From the IMG/VR virus record IMGVR_UViG_2639762844_000002, positions 1-34,405 of that record: 34,405 nucleotides of DNA, one strand, 5' to 3'. This document shows positions 27,947-34,405 of the stretch, one piece after another. Under the pieces are notes generated by a model. That model searched no databases, was not told the origin of the DNA, and saw only the letters and a list, made by a program, of their open reading frames with translations. The translations under genes and the position numbers were made by a program. The first letter of the stretch is position 1, and each line of letters begins with the position of its first letter. This DNA comes from a virus (lineage: Duplodnaviria > Heunggongvirae > Uroviricota > Caudoviricetes).

Positions 27947-28222
27947 ATGAACAAAGAAAATGTGATTACCCTGGACAATCCGGTCAAGCGTGGTGAGCAG
28001 GTCATCGAACAGGTCACGCTGATGAAACCCAGTGCCGGGACGCTGCGCGGTGTCAGTCTGGCTGCGGTCGCAAACTCCGAAGTTGATGCACTAATTAAGG
28101 TGCTGCCGCGCATGACGGCACCGATGCTGACCGAGCAGGAAGTTGCCGCACTGGAACTGCCTGACCTTGTGGCGCTGGCCGGTAAGGTGGTCGGTTTTTT
28201 GTCGCCGAACTCGGTGCGGTAA
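27947..28222 (+). CDS. E: Tail assembly chaperone E
   Basis: 91 aa. Ends just after the slippery site ggttttttg. Confidence 0.88.
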   Translation: MNKENVITLDNPVKRGEQVIEQVTLMKPSAGTLRGVSLAAVANSEVDALIKVLPRMTAPMLTEQEVAALELPDLVALAGKVVGFLSPNSVR

Positions 28223-28374
28223 CGTTCCCGAAAAATCTCTCGGTCGATGACCTGATGGCGGATGTGGCAGTGATATTTCACTGGCCGCCATCAGAACTGT
28301 ATCCCATGAGCCTGACCGAACTCATCACATGGCGCGAAAAGGCGCTCCGGCGAAGCGGAAACACGAATGAGTAA
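27947..28374 (+). CDS. E': E+E-prime: -1 programmed frameshift extension of E
   Basis: Slippery heptamer T TTT TTG at 28195..28201. The -1 frame is open from 28201 to the TAA at 28372..28374 and encodes VAELGAVTFPKNLSVDDLMADVAVIFHWPPSELYPMSLTELITWREKALRRSGNTNE. Confidence 0.75.
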
Positions 28375-30814
28375 CAATGTAAAATTACAGGTATTGCTCA
28401 GGGCTGTTGACCAGGCATCCCGCCCGTTTAAATCCATCCGCACAGCGAGCAAATCGCTGTCGGGGGATATCCGGGAAACACAAAAATCACTGCGCGAGCT
28501 GAACGGTCAGGCATCCCGTATTGAGGGATTTCGCAAGACAAGTGCACAGCTCGCCGTGACTGGTCATGCACTTGAAAAGGCTCGGCAGGAAGCCGAAGCC
28601 CTTGCCACACAGTTTAAAAACACCGAACGTCCGACCCGTGCTCAGGCGAAAGTGCTGGAATCCGCAAAGCGTGCGGCGGAGGACTTACAGGCGAAATATA
28701 ACCGCCTGACGGATTCCGTTAAACGCCAGCAGCGGGAACTGGCCGCTGTGGGAATTAATACCCGCAATCTTGCACATGATGAGCAGGGGCTGAAAAACCG
28801 TATCAGTGAAACCACCGCACAGCTTAACCGGCAGCGTGACGCGCTGGCGCGTGTCAGTGCGCAACAGGCAAAACTTAACGCAGTAAAACAGCGTTATCAG
28901 GCAGGAAAGGAGCTGGCCGGAAATATGGCCTCAGTGGGCGCTGCCGGTGTGGGGATTGCGGCGGCGGGAACGATGGCCGGAGTTAAGTTGCTGATGCCCG
29001 GTTATGAGTTTGCGCAGAAAAACTCAGAATTGCAGGCCGTGCTCGGTGTGGCAAAAGACTCCGCCGAAATGACCGCACTACGCAAACAGGCGCGCCAGCT
29101 CGGCGACAATACCGCCGCCTCGGCGGATGATGCGGCCGGTGCACAGATAATCATCGCGAAAGCGGGTGGGGATGTTGATGCCATTCAGGCGGCAACGCCG
29201 GTCACGCTGAATATGGCGCTGGCGAACCGCCGCACGATGGAAGAAAACGCCGCCCTGCTGATGGGGATGAAATCCGCCTTTCAGCTTTCAAACGATAAGG
29301 TCGCTCATATCGGGGATGTTCTCTCCATGACGATGAACAAAACCGCCGCCGATTTTGACGGCATGAGCGATGCGCTGACCTATGCCGCACCTGTGGCAAA
29401 AAATGCCGGTGTCAGCATTGAAGAAACCGCCGCAATGGTCGGGGCGCTGCATGATGCAAAAATCACAGGCTCAATGGCGGGGACGGGAAGCCGTGCCGTG
29501 TTAAGCCGCCTGCAGGCACCGACGGGAAAAGCATGGGATGCACTCAAAGAGCTTGGAGTGAAAACCTCAGACAGCAAGGGAAACACCCGGCCAATATTTA
29601 CCATTCTGAAAGAAATGCAGGCCAGTTTTGAGAAAAACCGGCTCGGTACTGCCCAGCAGGCTGAATACATGAAAACTATTTTCGGGGAGGAGGCCAGCTC
29701 AGCCGCCGCCGTGCTGATGACTGCCGCCTCAACCGGAAAGCTGGACAAACTGACCGCTGCGTTTAAAGCCTCAGACGGGAAGACCGCCGAGCTGGTAAAT
29801 ATCATGCAGGACAACCTAGGCGGTGACTTTAAAGAGTTTCAGTCTGCTTATGAGGCGGTGGGGACTGACCTGTTTGACCAACAGGAAGGCGCACTGCGTA
29901 ATCTCACGCAGACGGCCACAAAGTATGTGTTAAAACTCGACGGCTGGATCCAGAAAAACAAATCACTGGCGTCAACCATCGGCCTTATTGTCGGTGGTGC
30001 ACTGGCACTTACTGGCATCATCGGTGCAATTGGTCTTGTAGCCTGGCCGGTTATCACCGGCATTAATGCCATCATCGCGGCAGCAGGCGCAATGGGGGCA
30101 ATCTTCACGACGGTTGGCAGTGCTGTTATGACGGCCATCGGGGCGATTAGCTGGCCGATTGTGGCTGTGGTGGCCGCCATTGTCGCCGGGGCGTTGCTTA
30201 TCCGTAAATACTGGGAGCCTGTCAGCGCATTCTTTGGCGGTGTGGTGGAAGGGCTGAAAGCAGCATTTGCGCCAGTGGGGGAACTGTTCACGCCACTTAA
30301 GCCGGTGTTTGACTGGCTGGGTGAAAAGTTACAGGCCGCGTGGCAGTGGTTTAAAAACCTGATTGCCCCGGTCAAAGCTACCCAGGACACCCTGAACCGT
30401 TGCCGTGACACGGGCGTCATGTTCGGGCAGGCACTGGCTGACGCGCTGATGCTGCCGCTTAATGCGTTCAACAAACTGCGCAGCGGTATTGACTGGGTAC
30501 TGGAAAAGCTCGGGGTCATCAACAAAGAGTCAGACACACTTGACCAGACCGCCGCCAGAACTCATGCCGCCACGTATGGCACCGGTGGTTATATTCCGGC
30601 GACCAGCTCTTATGCAGGCTATCAGGCTTATCAGCCAGTCACGGCACCGGCTGGCCGCTCTTATGTGGACCAGAGTAAAAACGAATATCACATCAGCCTG
30701 ACGGGTGGTACTGCACCGGGGACACAGCTTGACCGCCAGTTACAGGATGCGCTCGAAAAATACGAGCGGGATAAACGTGCGCGTGCCCGTGCCAGCATGA
30801 TGCATGACGGTTAA
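28367..30814 (+). CDS. T: Tail tape measure protein
   Basis: 815 aa, coiled-coil N-terminus and Gly/Ala-rich hydrophobic region. Length as P2 T. Confidence 0.92.
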   Translation: MSNNVKLQVLLRAVDQASRPFKSIRTASKSLSGDIRETQKSLRELNGQASRIEGFRKTSAQLAVTGHALEKARQEAEALATQFKNTERPTRAQAKVLESAKRAAEDLQAKYNRLTDSVKRQQRELAAVGINTRNLAHDEQGLKNRISETTAQLNRQRDALARVSAQQAKLNAVKQRYQAGKELAGNMASVGAAGVGIAAAGTMAGVKLLMPGYEFAQKNSELQAVLGVAKDSAEMTALRKQARQLGDNTAASADDAAGAQIIIAKAGGDVDAIQAATPVTLNMALANRRTMEENAALLMGMKSAFQLSNDKVAHIGDVLSMTMNKTAADFDGMSDALTYAAPVAKNAGVSIEETAAMVGALHDAKITGSMAGTGSRAVLSRLQAPTGKAWDALKELGVKTSDSKGNTRPIFTILKEMQASFEKNRLGTAQQAEYMKTIFGEEASSAAAVLMTAASTGKLDKLTAAFKASDGKTAELVNIMQDNLGGDFKEFQSAYEAVGTDLFDQQEGALRNLTQTATKYVLKLDGWIQKNKSLASTIGLIVGGALALTGIIGAIGLVAWPVITGINAIIAAAGAMGAIFTTVGSAVMTAIGAISWPIVAVVAAIVAGALLIRKYWEPVSAFFGGVVEGLKAAFAPVGELFTPLKPVFDWLGEKLQAAWQWFKNLIAPVKATQDTLNRCRDTGVMFGQALADALMLPLNAFNKLRSGIDWVLEKLGVINKESDTLDQTAARTHAATYGTGGYIPATSSYAGYQAYQPVTAPAGRSYVDQSKNEYHISLTGGTAPGTQLDRQLQDALEKYERDKRARARASMMHDG

Positions 30815-30828
30815 GGAGGTGACGAAAA

Positions 30829-31308
30829 ATGATGCTCGCGTTAGGTATGTTTGTTTTTATGCGCCAGACGCTGCCACACCAGACCATGCAGCGTGAATCA
30901 GATTATCGCTGGCCGTCAAATTCCCGTATCGGTAAACGGGATGCCTTTCAGTTTCTCGGTGTGGGTGAGGAAAACATGACGCTTGCCGGCGTGCTTTATC
31001 CCGAACTGACCGGCGGGAAGCTGACGATGACCACGCTCAGGCTGATGGCAGAGGAAGGCCGGGCGTGGCCGTTGCTGGATGGCACCGGCATGATTTACGG
31101 CATGTATGTCATCAGCAGGGTGAGTGAAACAGGGAGTATTTTCTTTGCAGACGGCACACCCCGGAAAATTGATTTTACGCTGTCGCTCACCCGCGTGGAT
31201 GAATCACTGGCCGCGCTTTATGGCGATATCGGTAAACAGGCGGAATCGCTCATCGGTAAGGCTGGCAGTGTGGCGACCAGATTCACGGGTATGACGGGGG
31301 CGGGATAA
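30829..31308 (+). CDS. U: Tail protein U
   Basis: 159 aa. Confidence 0.9.
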   Translation: MMLALGMFVFMRQTLPHQTMQRESDYRWPSNSRIGKRDAFQFLGVGEENMTLAGVLYPELTGGKLTMTTLRLMAEEGRAWPLLDGTGMIYGMYVISRVSETGSIFFADGTPRKIDFTLSLTRVDESLAALYGDIGKQAESLIGKAGSVATRFTGMTGAG

Positions 31309-32471
31309 TGCTGGATGCGCTGACATTTGATGCAGGCAGTACGCTGACGCCGGATTACATGCTGATGCTCGACAGCAGGGATATTACCGGCAATATCAGT
31401 GACCGTCTGATGAGCATGACCCTGACGGATAACCGGGGCTTTGAGGCTGACCAGCTTGATATTGAACTGAACGATGCCGACGGGCAGGTCGGGCTGCCGG
31501 TTCGTGGCGCTGTCCTGACGGTGTATATCGGCTGGAAAGGTTTTGCCCTGGTATGCAAGGGGAAATTCACCGTTGATGAGGTTGAACACCGGGGCGCACC
31601 GGATGTGGTCACCATCCGCGCCCGGAGTGCAGATTTTCGCGGGACACTCAATTCCCGCCGGGAAGGCTCCTGGCATGACACTACGCTCGGTGCGATTGTT
31701 GATGCGATTGCCTCCCGTAACAGGCTGGAAGCCAGTGTCGCTCCGTCACTGGCCGGAATTAAAATCCCGCACATCGATCAGTCGCAGGAGTCTGATGCGA
31801 AATTCCTGACCCGTCTAGCAGAACGCAACGGCGGTGAGGTGTCGGTAAAAATGGGAAAACTGTTGTTTCTCAAAGCCGGGCAGGGGGTGACGGCCAGCGG
31901 TAAAAAAATCCCGCAGATTACCATCACCCGCAGCGACGGCGACCGTCATCATTTTGCGATTGCTGACCGTGGAGCCTACACCGGCGTAACGGCAAAGTGG
32001 TTACACACCAAAGACCCGAAGCCACAAAAGCAGAAGGTAAAACTGAAACGCAAAAAGAAAGAGAAACACCTGCGCGCACTGGAGCACCCGAAAGCGAAAC
32101 CGGTCACGCAGAAGAAAGCGCCAAAAGTACCGGAAGCGCGCGAAGGTGAATACATGGCCGGTGAGGCTGACAACGTTTTTGCCCTGACCACGGTATATGC
32201 CACGAAAGCACAGGCCATGCGTGCCGCTCAGGCGAAGTGGGATAAACTGCAACGGGGCGTTGCGGAGTTCTCCATCAGCCTGGCTACCGGTCGTGCAGAT
32301 ATTTACACGGAAACGCCGGTCAAAGTGTCAGGCTTTAAGCGTGTCATAGACGAGCAGGACTGGACAATCACTAAGGTGACACATTTTCTGAATAATAGCG
32401 GCTTCACGACGTCCTTAGAGCTTGAGGTCAGGCTTTCTGATGTGGAGTACGAAACAGAAGGTAATGAGTGA
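31308..32471 (+). CDS. D: Tail protein D (late control D)
   Basis: 387 aa; start overlaps the U stop (taATG). Confidence 0.9.
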   Translation: MLDALTFDAGSTLTPDYMLMLDSRDITGNISDRLMSMTLTDNRGFEADQLDIELNDADGQVGLPVRGAVLTVYIGWKGFALVCKGKFTVDEVEHRGAPDVVTIRARSADFRGTLNSRREGSWHDTTLGAIVDAIASRNRLEASVAPSLAGIKIPHIDQSQESDAKFLTRLAERNGGEVSVKMGKLLFLKAGQGVTASGKKIPQITITRSDGDRHHFAIADRGAYTGVTAKWLHTKDPKPQKQKVKLKRKKKEKHLRALEHPKAKPVTQKKAPKVPEAREGEYMAGEADNVFALTTVYATKAQAMRAAQAKWDKLQRGVAEFSISLATGRADIYTETPVKVSGFKRVIDEQDWTITKVTHFLNNSGFTTSLELEVRLSDVEYETEGNE

Positions 32472-32552
32472 TGTGTTTTATTTATCTGTTTGTTTTATAG
32501 GGATAAATTAACTAAAATGGCACCATCAACAAAACCGGAAGAGGTGCTCGCG

Positions 32553-32771
32553 ATGTTTCATTGTCCTTTATGCCAGCATGCCGCACATGCGCGTACAAGC
32601 CGCTATATCACTGACACGACAAAAGAGCGTTATCACCAGTGCCAGAACGTGAATTGCAGCGCCACGTTCATCACTTATGAGTCGGTACAGCGATACATCG
32701 TGAAGCCGGGAGAAGTCCACGCCGTGAGGCCGCACCCGTTGCCGTCAGGGCAGCAAATTATGTGGATGTAA
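32553..32771 (+). CDS. ogr: Late gene transcriptional activator Ogr (C4 zinc finger)
   Basis: 72 aa from the ATG at 32553: MFHCPLCQHAAHARTSRYI...CQNVNCSATF. The track ORF starts upstream at 32490. Confidence 0.9.
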   Translation: MFHCPLCQHAAHARTSRYITDTTKERYHQCQNVNCSATFITYESVQRYIVKPGEVHAVRPHPLPSGQQIMWM

Positions 32772-32782
32772 TTACAAACAGA

Positions 32783-32808
32783 AAGCCCCTCAGTCGAGGG
32801 GCTTTTTT
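32783..32808 (+). terminator. Rho-independent terminator after ogr
   Basis: aagcccctc-agt-cgaggggctt followed by tttttt. Confidence 0.8.
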
Positions 32809-32810
32809 GT

Positions 32811-32839
32811 CGATGTGGTCAATGTGTGGACGTGACCAG
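32811..32839 (+). promoter_or_regulatory. P-arm Int arm-type sites (tgtggtc ... tgtggac)
   Basis: Direct repeats of the tgtgg(t/a)c motif between ogr and the att core. Confidence 0.45.
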
Positions 32840-32872
32840 AAATAAATCCTTTTATTTCAATTTGTTGTACGT

Positions 32873-32899
32873 AAAAAATAAGCCCGTGTAAGGGAGATT
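32873..32899. repeat. attR core (aaaaaataagcccgtgtaagggagatt)
   Basis: Exact 27-bp repeat of attL. Forms the 3' terminator hairpin and U-tail of cyaR. Confidence 0.85.
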
Positions 32900-32959
32900 A
32901 CACAGGCTAAGGAGGTGGTTCCTGGTACAGCTAGCATTTTATGGGTTATGTTTTTCAGC
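32873..32959 (-). ncRNA. cyaR: CyaR (RyeE) Hfq-dependent small RNA
   Basis: The minus strand reads GCTGAAAAACATAACCCATAAAATGCTAGCTGTACCAGGAACCACCTCCTTAGCCTGTGTAATCTCCCTTACACGGGCTTATTTTTT, matching my recollection of E. coli CyaR, including the CCACCTCCTTA seed and a terminator hairpin with U-tail. Confidence 0.85.
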
Positions 32960-32993
32960 GAAACGGATGATAACCTTAATAAATGCAGCTGTA

Positions 32994-33009
32994 TGTGATC
33001 GGTTTCTAA
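32994..33009. promoter_or_regulatory. Candidate CRP site of the cyaR promoter (class II position)
   Basis: tgtga-N6-tctaa, centred about 42 bp upstream of the cyaR 5' end. cyaR is known to be CRP-activated. Confidence 0.45.
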
Positions 33010-33043
33010 GAATTTTCCATCCGGGAAAAATAATCGAAATTAA

Positions 33044-34405
33044 TCACTTACCGTGGGGATTACGCGTGGTTTCCCCGGAGAAATTACGCATCAGCAGCGC
33101 GTAATTGAGCTCAAGATCCTGCGGGACCGGGAGCCACACAGTATAACCATCGCCTGGTGCTATCGGCATAGCTTCGCCTTTGGCGTTTTCCATGTGCTCA
33201 AGGGTAAAATTAATGTTGCCTTGCGGCGTCATCAGCTCAAGGCTGTCGCCAACGGAGAATTTATTTTTCACCGCTACCGCCGCGAGGTCCCCCTTGCGCT
33301 CACCGGTAAACTCACCAACAAACTGCTGGCGGTCAGAAACTGAATAACCGTATTCGTAGTTCTGATAATCGTCGTGAGTATGACGACGCAGGAAACCTTC
33401 GGTATAGCCACGATGCGCCAGACCTTCCAGAGTTTCCAGCAGGCTGGTATCGAACGGTTTTCCCGCAGCGGCGTCATCGATAGCTTTGCGGTAAACCTGT
33501 GCGGTGCGTGCACAATAGTAGAAAGATTTGGTACGACCTTCGATTTTCAGCGAATGCACGCCCATTTTGGTCAGGCGTTCTACATGGGCGATGGCGCGCA
33601 GATCTTTCGAGTTCATGATGTAAGTGCCGTGCTCATCTTCAAACGCGGTCATATACTCGCCCGGACGCTGGGCCTCTTCGATCATAAACACTTTGTCGGT
33701 TGGTGCGCCGATACCCAGCGTCGGCTCAACATTTTGCACCGGAATCGGCTCGTACTTGTGTACGATGTTGCCAACATCATCTTCTTTCCCTTCCTGGACG
33801 TTGTACTCCCAGCGGCAGGCGTTGGTGCAGGTGCCCTGGTTCGGGTCGCGCTTGTTGATATAGCCAGAGAGCAGGCAGCGACCGGAGTAGGCCATGCACA
33901 GCGCGCCGTGAACGAAGATCTCGATCTCCATATCCGGCACCTGATTGCGGATCTCTTCAATCTCTTTCAGCGACAGCTCGCGAGAGAGGATCACGCGGGT
34001 CAGGCCCATTTGCTGCCAGAATTTCACCGTCGCCCAGTTCACGGCGTTAGCCTGCACCGAAAGGTGGATCGGCATTTCAGGGAAGTGCTCACGCACCAGC
34101 ATAATCAGCCCTGGATCGGACATAATCAGCGCATCCGGCCCCATTTCCACCACCGGTTTCAGGTCACGGATAAAGGTTTTCAGCTTGGCGTTGTGCGGTG
34201 CAATGTTGACCACGACATAAAACTTTTTCCCCAGCGCGTGGGCTTCATTGATGCCGAGCTGAAGATTTTCGTGGTTGAATTCGTTGTTGCGCACACGCAG
34301 GGAATAACGCGGCTGGCCCGCATAAACAGCATCTGCGCCATAAGCGAAAGCGTAACGCATATTTTTCAGCGTTCCCGCCGGGGAAAGGAGTTCCGGTTTA
34401 AACAT
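33044..34405 (-). CDS. trhP: Peptidase U32-family protein YegQ/TrhP (tRNA hydroxylation protein P)
   Basis: 453 aa beginning MFKPELLSPAGTLKNMRYAFAYGADAVYAGQPRY. Adjacent to cyaR as in E. coli. The ORF starts exactly at the window end. Confidence 0.8.
   Translation of the reverse strand: MFKPELLSPAGTLKNMRYAFAYGADAVYAGQPRYSLRVRNNEFNHENLQLGINEAHALGKKFYVVVNIAPHNAKLKTFIRDLKPVVEMGPDALIMSDPGLIMLVREHFPEMPIHLSVQANAVNWATVKFWQQMGLTRVILSRELSLKEIEEIRNQVPDMEIEIFVHGALCMAYSGRCLLSGYINKRDPNQGTCTNACRWEYNVQEGKEDDVGNIVHKYEPIPVQNVEPTLGIGAPTDKVFMIEEAQRPGEYMTAFEDEHGTYIMNSKDLRAIAHVERLTKMGVHSLKIEGRTKSFYYCARTAQVYRKAIDDAAAGKPFDTSLLETLEGLAHRGYTEGFLRRHTHDDYQNYEYGYSVSDRQQFVGEFTGERKGDLAAVAVKNKFSVGDSLELMTPQGNINFTLEHMENAKGEAMPIAPGDGYTVWLPVPQDLELNYALLMRNFSGETTRNPHGK

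Larger units (their letters stand above)
477..32899. mobile_element. Integrated P2-like temperate phage (complete prophage)
   Basis: Bounded by identical 27-bp att cores. Gene order and protein lengths match P2 from int to ogr. Integrase sits at the left end and ogr at the right. Confidence 0.92.

Overview
This window is a complete P2-like (Peduovirus) prophage of about 32.4 kb, integrated into the 3' end of the host sRNA gene cyaR. It is bounded by a 27-bp direct repeat (attL 477..503, attR 32873..32899), with a host lipoprotein gene on the left (1..318) and cyaR plus trhP/yegQ on the right. The backbone is collinear with phage P2 and the gene lengths match: int-C-cox-B-orf80-83-A, then cos, then Q-P / O-N-M-L-X-Y-K-lysA-lysB-lysC-R-S-V-W-J-I-H-G-FI-FII-E/E'-T-U-D-ogr. 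All calls rest on reading the supplied ORF translations and the raw sequence; no database search was possible. Four visibly AT-rich cargo insertions interrupt the backbone and are the best candidates for an undescribed system: (1) a 612-aa protein with no Walker A motif at the tin/old position between A and cos (6594..8432); (2) an overlapping gene pair, a four-Cys zinc-ribbon protein and a 2-TM membrane protein, between cos and Q (8746..9478); (3) a 251-aa HNH-motif protein between S and V (18723..19478); (4) a 346-aa protein on the opposite strand at the Z/fun position between G and FI (24806..25846), flanked by 36-nt imperfect inverted repeats. I could not assign any of the four to a known family from sequence alone. 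The tail fibre H also carries a 132-bp tandem repeat array and a divergent C-terminal domain.
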